Source: an uncultured Gammaproteobacteria bacterium (GTDB lineage Bacteria > Patescibacteriota > Patescibacteriia > Magasanikbacterales > UBA922). From it: 64,000 nt of DNA. Position 1 is the first letter of the stretch; every line of letters begins with the position of its first letter. Below are positions 26,320-34,770 of this stretch, piece by piece. Location: positions 231,489 through 295,488 of the forward strand of contig CAZMHV010000002.1 of NCBI GenBank assembly GCA_964566225.1. The letters are read 5' to 3'. The translations under genes and the position numbers were made by a program. The notes beneath the pieces were generated by a model that ran no database searches, had not been told where the DNA came from, and saw nothing but the letters and a program-made list of their open reading frames with translations.

Positions 26320-26335
26320 CAAATTATTTCAACTT

Positions 26336-28171
26336 TCACTCTCTCACGGTCACACCCTTTATCTTTCCAATCGTATCATTTGGAAGCGACGTATCAAGAT
26401 CACGAAACGTAGCGCTCACATTTTGTTCTGTAAAACTATCTGTTCCACTGACGGCAATATTTTTGAGAACAAGTGGAGTGGTACCCACTTGTGAAGCATC
26501 GGGAGTCAAAGAGAGTTCCAAAAAGAGCGTGGCCACAGAATGTGGGGCCAGGGCAGAGGTGGTCCAACTTACGGTATTACTCGTTGCATCAAATGAAGGT
26601 TCTTTGCCTTGTGAGCTACTGCGCCTTCCAGTCCAGTGAATGTGTGACGGCAGTGTGGCGGTAAAACGAACGTTCTTCACTTCACTCGTGGTATTGCCAA
26701 TGCGAACAATGGCTGCATACTTGGTTTCTTTGCCAACTCGTGGTGGCAGGGGACCACGACCCAATTGGTCACCTTCTAATGTATAGTACCGAATACTGGT
26801 GTCCATGGAGAGTCTGGTAGCAATTTTTATTTTGGGTGTAAATGCAGTGCTCGTAAATGTGCCTTCAATGTTTTGGAGGGTTCCTTGAAGTGTTGGGTGT
26901 ATGTCCCAAAATACATCGGTTCCTTCAAGATTGGTTTTGACGGGAATCTCTACAGGAATATTGAGCGTGGCGCCTGGTGCAATTTCTGTAAGGCCGGCAA
27001 TAAATTTACTTGAAATATGAAAACCAGTTTTATCCAAAGTTCCTCGGTTCAGTGCCTGGAGTTGTTTGCCATCAAGAGTATTTCCTACGGGTAGAGTAAT
27101 AACTGCATTGTTCAAAGCAATGTTGCCATTATTTGTGAGAGTAAAGTTCACTGTCAGATTTTTTCCTGGCACAACATACAACGGTGTGTTTTCAAGTTGT
27201 GCTCCAAATTGAATATGTGGAGTAACAACGTTCCATACATGTTCATTTTTTCTATCGAGCACAAAGGTTTTGTCTGCTATTTGAATATGTGGAGTGATAA
27301 CCAAAGAAGTCGTGGCTGTCTCAAGGGTCTCTGGTTTGAAATCAAAGGTAAGAATTGTAGTACTCCCTGGTTCTAGTACAGCGGGGAGTACCCAGGTTTT
27401 TGCTCCCGAGAGTGGAATGCTTGTGTGTTGAATTTCTCCTTTTGGAAGTGAAAGATCGAACTGTACCTGTGTGAGGGGTTTTGTACCGGTGTTTTTTACT
27501 TGTATGGTAACTTCACTCGTACTTCCACTCACCAAATTTTCACCAGCTTCAATGTTTGTTTGCAAAACTGATCCGCGAGGAATAGTAAAGAGGGGCGTTA
27601 CTTTTTCTTCAAGTATATTTTTGCCATCTTGTCTATATGAGAAGTGTGATGCCACCAAAGCTTTTTCGTCACTGTTACCAAAAAAGTAGCCACCAAGAGT
27701 AATATTTCCACTCGCGCCGGGTGGAAGTGGTGGAAGAGAAAATGTTTTGGTGCGAGTATCAAAAAGTTCGAGTGGTGTGGTGGTATCAAGTACAAAACCT
27801 GGTGGAAGTGTAAACGAAACCGTAGGTTCTGTAAGTTTTTGTTTGCTGTTGTTTTGGTAGGTAAAAGTATACTCAATGTGTTCTCCATTTTTTATTTTGT
27901 CTGCAGAGGCACTGAGTGAAGTGGTAATATGTTTGGTAATGGTTGGATCGTAAAAATGAATGAATGCATACGAACCTATGAGTACGACAATACAAGCAAG
28001 CAGTGCCATGTCAAACAAAAACAACTTTCGCGCATGCGCAAATTGCAGGTGATAATTTTTTTGGTAGTGCACTTCGGCAGCATGAATAGGGGAGAGCAGT
28101 AATGCCAAAAACCACCGGTGTGGGGCATGCAAAAGGTGGTGCTTGGTAAAATGCTCAGTAACAAATTTCAT
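26336..28171 (-). CDS. Membrane-anchored surface protein with repeated beta-sandwich (DUF11-like) modules
   Basis: His-rich N-terminus and a TM helix LFDMALLACIVVLIGSYAFIHF. A long Thr/Ser/Asn/Val-rich extracellular region follows, with recurring NxT/LxVxN beta-strand patterns. AT-rich host composition. Confidence 0.45.
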   Translation of the reverse strand: MKFVTEHFTKHHLLHAPHRWFLALLLSPIHAAEVHYQKNYHLQFAHARKLFLFDMALLACIVVLIGSYAFIHFYDPTITKHITTSLSASADKIKNGEHIEYTFTYQNNSKQKLTEPTVSFTLPPGFVLDTTTPLELFDTRTKTFSLPPLPPGASGNITLGGYFFGNSDEKALVASHFSYRQDGKNILEEKVTPLFTIPRGSVLQTNIEAGENLVSGSTSEVTIQVKNTGTKPLTQVQFDLSLPKGEIQHTSIPLSGAKTWVLPAVLEPGSTTILTFDFKPETLETATTSLVITPHIQIADKTFVLDRKNEHVWNVVTPHIQFGAQLENTPLYVVPGKNLTVNFTLTNNGNIALNNAVITLPVGNTLDGKQLQALNRGTLDKTGFHISSKFIAGLTEIAPGATLNIPVEIPVKTNLEGTDVFWDIHPTLQGTLQNIEGTFTSTAFTPKIKIATRLSMDTSIRYYTLEGDQLGRGPLPPRVGKETKYAAIVRIGNTTSEVKNVRFTATLPSHIHWTGRRSSSQGKEPSFDATSNTVSWTTSALAPHSVATLFLELSLTPDASQVGTTPLVLKNIAVSGTDSFTEQNVSATFRDLDTSLPNDTIGKIKGVTVRE

Positions 28172-28176
28172 AGCTT

Positions 28177-28509
28177 TTAATATTCCATTTCATCTACTTC
28201 AGTTTGGATTTCATCGTCTTTGTTTATACTTTTGACACTGGGCGAGTAGAGGGTGTTGGTAATTTTCCACTGATCTACATATTGGCCAATGCCGAGGGTA
28301 TTACTTTTGTTGCGAACCGTGGTTTTGCTTTGAGACCATTTGAGGAGGGACTCAAAGTTAATTTTGTATCGACCAGCCACCACCACATAGGTGATTTCAC
28401 GGTCTTTGATGGCTCGGCGGATGGTTTGGGCACTCACACCAAAGAGTCTGGCTGCCTCAGAAATAGACAGGCGGATGATTTCTTTGGTATCGAAGGTTTG
28501 TTCAGGCAT
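28177..28509 (-). CDS. Helix-turn-helix (excisionase/MerR-like HTH_17) DNA-binding protein
   Basis: LSISEAARLFGVSAQTIRRAIKDREI is a canonical HTH_17 motif. 110 aa. Divergent from the ECF sigma gene. Confidence 0.6.
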   Translation of the reverse strand: MPEQTFDTKEIIRLSISEAARLFGVSAQTIRRAIKDREITYVVVAGRYKINFESLLKWSQSKTTVRNKSNTLGIGQYVDQWKITNTLYSPSVKSINKDDEIQTEVDEMEY

Positions 28510-28604
28510 ATGTATATTTGTTTAGGATTGTGTATACAAAGTATAGCATTTTTGATATTTTCAAGCAAAAATGTCAAAAATTTGCCTAAAATAGGCCAAG
28601 ACCT

Positions 28605-28632
28605 TGCTTTTTTGGGCAATTTCTGGTATACT
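28605..28632 (+). promoter_or_regulatory. Candidate promoter (TTGCTT-16-TATACT) for the ECF sigma gene
   Basis: TTGCTTttttgggcaatttctggTATACT, about 100 nt upstream of the ATG at 28733. Confidence 0.3.
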
Positions 28633-28732
28633 GAGCCTGCCCCTTTTACAGGGTTCTATTTTATTTAGATTTGATAAAAAATAGTTAAAGTAGATAAAAG
28701 TGTAACATTTTCGTGATTTTTGCGTCTTCTAT

Positions 28733-29320
28733 ATGCAGCCCCTCAAAGAGAAGATCCTTCTCTACAATATTATTACCAAACGAGATACAGAAAGTTACGG
28801 GCAGCTGTATGATCTTTATATTGAAAGAATTTATCGTTTTGTCTATTTTAAGGTACAAACCAAAGAAGACGCCGAAGATGTGACCAGTGAAGTCTTTCTC
28901 AAGGCTTGGCAGTATATTATTGAAAAATCACCGACTGCTATTGAAAGTGTGAGTGGACTCTTGTTCTCTATTGCTCGAAATTCTATTATTGATTGGTATA
29001 GACAAAAAGCCAAAAAACCAGTGGTATCACTTGAAGTCATTACAGAAATGGCATCAGAAAAAAATGAGCAAGAAGCCTTGGCTTCGCTCCAAGAGGTAGA
29101 ACAAATGCTTGAACTCATGAAAAAGTTAAAGCAAGACTACCAAGAAGTCTTAATTCTCAAATATATTGAAGGACTTAAAATGTCTGAAATTGCCAAAGTG
29201 CTTGGCAAAAGTGGAGTGAGTGTTCGTGTGCTCTTGCATCGCGCGACCAAAAAACTCAAAGATCTGAGCGAAATACAAGAAACTTCACGTCTTGAAAAAC
29301 AGAAAGCACATAAATCATAA
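28733..29320 (+). CDS. RNA polymerase sigma factor, ECF (sigma-70 family group 4)
   Basis: Region 2 (YGQLYDLYIERIYRFVYFKV, EVFLKAWQYI) and region 4 HTH (YQEVLILKYIEGLKMSEIAKVLGKSGVSVRVLLHRATKKLKD). Confidence 0.8.
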   Translation: MQPLKEKILLYNIITKRDTESYGQLYDLYIERIYRFVYFKVQTKEDAEDVTSEVFLKAWQYIIEKSPTAIESVSGLLFSIARNSIIDWYRQKAKKPVVSLEVITEMASEKNEQEALASLQEVEQMLELMKKLKQDYQEVLILKYIEGLKMSEIAKVLGKSGVSVRVLLHRATKKLKDLSEIQETSRLEKQKAHKS

Positions 29321-29322
29321 GT

Positions 29323-30564
29323 ATGTCACAAGAATTTAAGAAACAATTTGATGCACTCAGTAAAATGAGTCACTATATCCGTCCTGACCAGGAATGGATT
29401 GCTTCCAATAAACAAAAATTGTTTCAACAAATTCAAAATAGTACAGCATTTGAAAAAAAACAAACCAACCTTTTGGAATTTGCTCAGTACTGGATGCCTC
29501 GTCAAAAAGTATTACTTCCTTTGCGTTTTGCACTTATTTTGTTTATTATTGTAGGCATGACTGCAGGTTCTTGGATTGCTGGAGTGAGTGCTTCAAGTGA
29601 TAGTTTACCTGGTGAAGTTTTGTATAAAGTAAAATTGGCGGCAGAAAATACCCAGCTCGCAGTAACTTCTGCACTTTCAAATTCAGGAGAAAAAGCCTCC
29701 AAAAAAGCAAATTTGCAAATGCAATTTGCGCAGCGTCGTTCAAGTGAAGTAAAACAACTGATTGCCCAAAACACCCCAGAGGCAAACATTCATGTTCCGG
29801 AGACTATTCAAAAATTGAAAGACACCTTGAAAGAAGCACAAGACACTGTACAACAAGCCAAAAAAGAAGATTCTACTCATGTTATTACTTTGGCAAAAAC
29901 AGTGAGTGAAAGAACTTCACTTATTGCTCTGGATTTAAAACAAGTGACTGGGCAAACAGCTCCACTTGATGTGAGTATTGTGAAAGAGGCGGTCGAAGCT
30001 ACAAAACTTGTAAATGATACAGGTCTCAAAGCTATTGAAGCCGTACTTGATGATAAAAAAGTAGTAGAAACTTCAAGTGTTCAAGAAATTAAAAATTTGG
30101 TTCAAGAAAAAGTAAATATCTTGGTACAAAATATCCAAGATAATAAAAATGCGGTTGAAGAAGTAAAACAACTTTCGGCTATTCCGACTTCATCTACCGT
30201 GGAATCTTTGGCCTCTATGAGTACGAGCTCTGCCCTCTTGGCCTTGCCTCTTACTACAACTTCAACTTTGACTACGACTTCAACCGTGACTATTACTACC
30301 AAAGAAGATGTCAAAAAAGTAGGTGAAGATATCAAGAAAGCAGATCAGGTAGTCGGTGAAGTACAACAGCTTTTGCAAGGAAATCAAGTAAAAGAAGCTT
30401 TGCAAAAAGCCAAAACACTCAACGACTTAACGGTTGAAACACAACAAAATATTGCCGATACCAAAAGTAAAGTAACTACTTCTCTCCTTCCTCTTGTAAC
30501 ACCAACGGTGGCAACACCTGATGTAAAAACAGAGGTAAAAGAAGAAGTAAAAACAGAGAAATAA
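29323..30564 (+). CDS. Putative anti-sigma factor / DUF5667-type membrane protein with Thr/Ser-rich C-terminal region
   Basis: Immediately downstream of the ECF sigma gene. Single TM helix LLPLRFALILFIIVGMTAGSWIAG. The extracytoplasmic region DSLPGEVLYKVKLAAENTQLAV... is typical of DUF5667. Followed by TSSTVESLASMSTSSALLALPLTTTSTLTTTSTVTITT. Confidence 0.5.
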   Translation: MSQEFKKQFDALSKMSHYIRPDQEWIASNKQKLFQQIQNSTAFEKKQTNLLEFAQYWMPRQKVLLPLRFALILFIIVGMTAGSWIAGVSASSDSLPGEVLYKVKLAAENTQLAVTSALSNSGEKASKKANLQMQFAQRRSSEVKQLIAQNTPEANIHVPETIQKLKDTLKEAQDTVQQAKKEDSTHVITLAKTVSERTSLIALDLKQVTGQTAPLDVSIVKEAVEATKLVNDTGLKAIEAVLDDKKVVETSSVQEIKNLVQEKVNILVQNIQDNKNAVEEVKQLSAIPTSSTVESLASMSTSSALLALPLTTTSTLTTTSTVTITTKEDVKKVGEDIKKADQVVGEVQQLLQGNQVKEALQKAKTLNDLTVETQQNIADTKSKVTTSLLPLVTPTVATPDVKTEVKEEVKTEK

Positions 30565-30569
30565 TTCTT

Positions 30570-30760
30570 CCTCACTTTGCTGTACGGCGCACTCTCTTCA
30601 ATATGTTGAACAGAGTGCGCCATACAGCAATGGCTAATCTCCTTTTAATAACAAGGGGATGGGGAGCACGAGGCCCTCAAAGGTCGAGGTTGCGCAAGCA
30701 GCTGCCAAGTGCAAAGCCCGCGAAAGCGGGAGCCCGTAAGGGCTTAATACTGTCTTCTCT
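30570..30760 (+). other. GC-rich structured non-coding segment (candidate small RNA or 5' leader element)
   Basis: A 16-bp inverted repeat with one mismatch (CTGTACGGCGCACTCT ... AGAGTGCGCCATACAG). Two adjacent GNRA-loop hairpins (CCCGC-GAAA-GCGGG and AGCCC-GTAA-GGGCT). Locally GC-rich in an AT-rich intergenic context. Identity unknown. Confidence 0.25.
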
Positions 30761-30816
30761 ATTGACATTTTTCACTTAAGAAAAATTGCGCTGTAGAAAG
30801 ACTCTTACTATTTATT

Positions 30817-33800
30817 ATGACCGACGTATTACGTTTTAGTAAAAAAGCGTTTACTTGGACCGTTGTTGCTTTGACAATCCTTTGGAGTGTTGGAGCATCT
30901 GCTCTTGTTGCTAACGCAGCAGTAGTAGTACCTTCTGCAACATGTTCTTCACTGGAACGTGGTGATCTTTTCAAGATCATGAACGCCCCAGCGACTTACC
31001 TCGTTGTTGAAGTAAATGGAGCTCTTAAACGTTTACCATTTTTTCACAAAAGTCACTTTGACACTCTCTACCAAGATTTTAGTAGTGTAGTAAACTGTGA
31101 TTCAAGTGCAGCGAATTTATATCCTGCTGTTGACTCACTTCCTATCACTGTTAACTTCCGTTCAGGAGAACTCTGGAAAGTACAAGAAGAAGCTGCTGTA
31201 TACATGGTACAAGGCCGTGCTGCAGGAGACCTCGACCCACGCTCTCCAGTATGTCAACTTGCTAGTGAACAACAAGCAAAAGATTGGGGATTCAACTTGA
31301 AAAAAGATGTAGTTGATGTTCCAACTTACCTCAAAGGTAACTTCCGCAACACTGGAATGTGTTCAATGCCAAATGGCTTGCTCGTTTCAAACCCAGGAAG
31401 TAATGATGTTTACTATGTAAGTGAAGGACAACTTGTAAAAGTTGATGGTTCACTTCCAGCATTTCTTGCAAAAGAAGTACATGCTGTTGCTACTGGTCTT
31501 CCAGTTGCAAGTGGTACTGTTACCCCAGCAACCATTGTTGAAAAATCTCTTCCTCTTGCAGGAGCTACTTCTGTAACTCCTCCATCAGCAGCAGGAAGTC
31601 TCTCAGTAAGTTTGGCTGCAGATACACCAGCAGCTGCGAGTGTTGTAACTGACAACACTGGAAACACTGGCGCTCAAGCTATGATTCCAGTATTGAAAGT
31701 AAACCTCATGGCAAATGGTGGCGCTGTGAAAGTAACTTCTTTGAAGTTCCTCCGCGGTGGTATCTCTGCTGACACTGAAATCAACAACGCTCATCTCTAC
31801 GTAGATGGCAACTGGGTTGCAAGTAACCCAAGTATTTCTAGTGGTGTTTTGACATTCTCAAACGCTTCTGGACTTTTCACTGCTACTGGATCACATTCAG
31901 CAGTATTGAAAATGGATCTTAAAAACAACTCAAGTGGTGGAAAATCTCTCAACTTCGCTTTGACTGATGTTGGAGTAGCTGGCGGCGCTGTTGCTGGTCT
32001 TCCTCTTGCAGCTGGTCAAACCTTTACAACTGTTGCTGTAGACGATATTGGTAAATTGGCTTTTAGTTCAATTTCACCTTCTGCTGCTGCTACTGTTGAT
32101 CCAGGTCTTGTTGGATATGAAGTTTGGAGATTCCAAGCTGTATCCAGTGATCAAGATATGCAATTCCGCAGACTTGCTCTTACTGTTGTTGGTTCTGTGA
32201 ACCCAGGCGACCTTAAGAACTTCAGTCTTTGGAACGGCGCAACTCAAATCGGCGCAACTGTTGCTGAAATGAGTTCAGACAAACGCGTTGTGTTTGATCT
32301 TTCTGCTGCACCATTTGTTGTATCAAAAGGACAAACAAAAATCTTCAGTGTAAAAGCTGATGTAGTGAGTGGAACCAACCGTACTTTCCGCGTTTCTGTT
32401 CAAAACGATCGCGATCTTGAAGTGTACGACACTCAATACAAAGTTTGGGTAAAACCAAACGGAACTGACAGTTTTAGTATCGTTGAACCAAATTCATCAG
32501 GTACTGCTGTTAACTACACCATCAACACTGGATCTTTGACCCAGACTGTTGCAACTACCACCCCAACTGGAAACATCGCTGACGGAGCTACTAACGTAAC
32601 TCTTGCAGACTTCCTCTGGAGTGCAAATGGTGAAGATGTTAAAGTAACAAGTCTCGTTGCTTCTACAACTGGAAGTGACCAAACTGACATCTTGGCAAAC
32701 ATGCGTTTGCTCGTGAACGGATCACAAGTTGGTACTACTGATGCTTCAGTAACTGCTAACGGTGGTTCAAGTGCTGCAGGTCAAGCTGACTTCGGCAGTT
32801 TTGGAAGTAGCTTTATCATCAAAGCTGGAACTTCTGTTCATGTTAAAGTAGTTGCTGATCTTACAGATTCTTCTGTTGCTTCAGGAGCAACCTTCTTGGT
32901 TGGTCTTGCTGCTGGATCAAGTAACGCACAAGGCGTAACTTCTCTCACTTCAATTAGTAGTGTTCGCCAAGCTGCAAGTACACTCACTGTTCAAGCAGGA
33001 ACTGTAACTGTAGTAAAGAACGCTTCATTTGGTGACCGCAGTTCTGGTAACCCAACTGGACCAGTAAATGCAAGTCAAGTGAAAGTAGCTTCATTCACCA
33101 TTGTTGGTGGAGCTGGAGAAGACGTTGAAGTTTCACAGGTTACTCTTCAGGAAGACAACACCGGTACTTGTATCGGAACTTACTTCCAGAATTTAACATT
33201 GATGAATGCATCTGGAGCACAAATTGCTACCACCTATGCAAACCCATCAACTTCATGTACTAGTAAAAATTCATACACCTTCAACATCTCACCAGCCGTG
33301 ACTGTTGCTTCAGGTGGTCAATATGTTGTTGATGTATATGCTGACCTCAAAGCAGGTTACACTGCAGCTGCTTCAATTTTTGAAGTAGAAGCTGTGACTG
33401 CGAGTGGTAAAAATACTGGTACTTCTGCTTCTACTCCAGCAGGTCAAAACCTTTCACTCCAGAACCAATACATCTCAAGTGTTGGAACCGTTACTGTAGC
33501 GGTTGACGCAGATACTGCTCTTGCAACGAACTTGCTCATGGGTGCTGTTGATCAATCTCTTGGTAAATTCAAACTTACTGCAAGTAACGCAGAACCTCTT
33601 AACTTCACTGAACTCGTAGTGAGTGTGAACGTAAGTTCTGCAGCTACTGGTACCCTCCGCAACGTTAAACTCGTTGACGAAGCTGGTAACCAAATTGGTA
33701 GTACTATTGCAAGTTTGAGTAGTGGTACAACCTCAACTTATGCGAACGCTAAGTTCTCTGGTTTGTCACTCGTTGTTCCAAAAGGTTCAACTCGTATTGT

Positions 33801-34641
33801 AAACGTAAAAGCTGACATCACTCCTTACGAAGCAGGTGGATTCTCAACAACTGGTCAAGCTGTTCAAGCGGCAATCTTGTCAATGGACACTGACTCAGGA
33901 GTTTCAGGAACACAACTTGCTCTCACTGGTACTGGTGCTCTTTCAGGAACTGCTCTCAGTTCAAGTGAAATGACATTTACTGCTAACGAAGGAACTGCTC
34001 CTCTCACAACTGTAAGTAATGGTTCTACTACTCAGCTCCGTGCAAACAATGCACATGTTCGTGCAAACGAATTTGTTCTCTACCGTACTAAGCTTACTGT
34101 AGCTTGGGCTGGAGATGCACCTTCTGGTGTTGCAGGTCCTGCAGCGGCTCAAACCATTGCTAAATTTGTTGTAAGTAACCAAGCAAATGTTGGTAACTAC
34201 TCATCGACTGTAAGTTATGTTAACTTTAGTCTTTCTGGAACTATCTCCAACACTACTCCAAGTGCTACTCGCGCATTGAATGTCTACAAAGACTCACTCG
34301 CGACTACAGCTCTTTGGACTACAACATTTAACTATGGTGTTAGTACACAGAACTCATTTGATAACACTGGAAACGATGATACCAACTCAGCATTCGCATT
34401 TACTGACGTTGAAGTATCTTCTGGTGCTACCAAGACATTCTACGTAACCCTCGATACTACTGATGCGGCTAGTACAAAGACTCTCTCTGTAACTATCCCA
34501 AGTAATCATGCTGGTAAATATGCACAAGGCCGCAACTCTGCTGGTACTGTATATGGTCTCGTATGGACTGATGGTGTTACCTCTGGTATCGCTGCTCATG
34601 ACAATGTATTGCCTCTTGGCTACAAGACCTTTACCTACTAA
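30817..34641 (+). CDS. Giant (1274 aa) secreted cell-surface protein (S-layer/adhesin-like), beta-strand-rich and Thr/Ser/Ala/Val/Gly-biased
   Basis: Signal peptide MTDVLRFSKKAFTWTVVALTILWSVGASALVANA. Low-complexity repetitive beta-strand modules. No anchor motif. A strong terminator lies downstream. Confidence 0.6.
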   Translation: MTDVLRFSKKAFTWTVVALTILWSVGASALVANAAVVVPSATCSSLERGDLFKIMNAPATYLVVEVNGALKRLPFFHKSHFDTLYQDFSSVVNCDSSAANLYPAVDSLPITVNFRSGELWKVQEEAAVYMVQGRAAGDLDPRSPVCQLASEQQAKDWGFNLKKDVVDVPTYLKGNFRNTGMCSMPNGLLVSNPGSNDVYYVSEGQLVKVDGSLPAFLAKEVHAVATGLPVASGTVTPATIVEKSLPLAGATSVTPPSAAGSLSVSLAADTPAAASVVTDNTGNTGAQAMIPVLKVNLMANGGAVKVTSLKFLRGGISADTEINNAHLYVDGNWVASNPSISSGVLTFSNASGLFTATGSHSAVLKMDLKNNSSGGKSLNFALTDVGVAGGAVAGLPLAAGQTFTTVAVDDIGKLAFSSISPSAAATVDPGLVGYEVWRFQAVSSDQDMQFRRLALTVVGSVNPGDLKNFSLWNGATQIGATVAEMSSDKRVVFDLSAAPFVVSKGQTKIFSVKADVVSGTNRTFRVSVQNDRDLEVYDTQYKVWVKPNGTDSFSIVEPNSSGTAVNYTINTGSLTQTVATTTPTGNIADGATNVTLADFLWSANGEDVKVTSLVASTTGSDQTDILANMRLLVNGSQVGTTDASVTANGGSSAAGQADFGSFGSSFIIKAGTSVHVKVVADLTDSSVASGATFLVGLAAGSSNAQGVTSLTSISSVRQAASTLTVQAGTVTVVKNASFGDRSSGNPTGPVNASQVKVASFTIVGGAGEDVEVSQVTLQEDNTGTCIGTYFQNLTLMNASGAQIATTYANPSTSCTSKNSYTFNISPAVTVASGGQYVVDVYADLKAGYTAAASIFEVEAVTASGKNTGTSASTPAGQNLSLQNQYISSVGTVTVAVDADTALATNLLMGAVDQSLGKFKLTASNAEPLNFTELVVSVNVSSAATGTLRNVKLVDEAGNQIGSTIASLSSGTTSTYANAKFSGLSLVVPKGSTRIVNVKADITPYEAGGFSTTGQAVQAAILSMDTDSGVSGTQLALTGTGALSGTALSSSEMTFTANEGTAPLTTVSNGSTTQLRANNAHVRANEFVLYRTKLTVAWAGDAPSGVAGPAAAQTIAKFVVSNQANVGNYSSTVSYVNFSLSGTISNTTPSATRALNVYKDSLATTALWTTTFNYGVSTQNSFDNTGNDDTNSAFAFTDVEVSSGATKTFYVTLDTTDAASTKTLSVTIPSNHAGKYAQGRNSAGTVYGLVWTDGVTSGIAAHDNVLPLGYKTFTY

Positions 34642-34684
34642 TATTTAGTAGTCTAACGGTTGTCATTGTCTTGACAAAAACATT

Positions 34685-34717
34685 CCCCCCGCGGTTTCGC
34701 GGGGGGTTGTTTTTTTT
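34685..34717 (+). terminator. Strong intrinsic terminator
   Basis: CCCCCCGCGgtttCGCGGGGGG followed by TTGTTTTTTTTT. Confidence 0.7.
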
Positions 34718-34770
34718 AAAAGGTATGTTACAATAGCCAGGTCATCCCACTGTCTGGGATATTTTCTTCT

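Noticed and set aside
30570-30760. Assigning the GC-rich structured element to SRP RNA (4.5S), RNase P RNA or 6S RNA
   Set aside because: It is too short for RNase P. It lacks the conserved SRP domain IV sequence (GGAAGCAGCCAAGGCAG-like) and the 6S central bubble architecture. It is kept only as an unassigned candidate.
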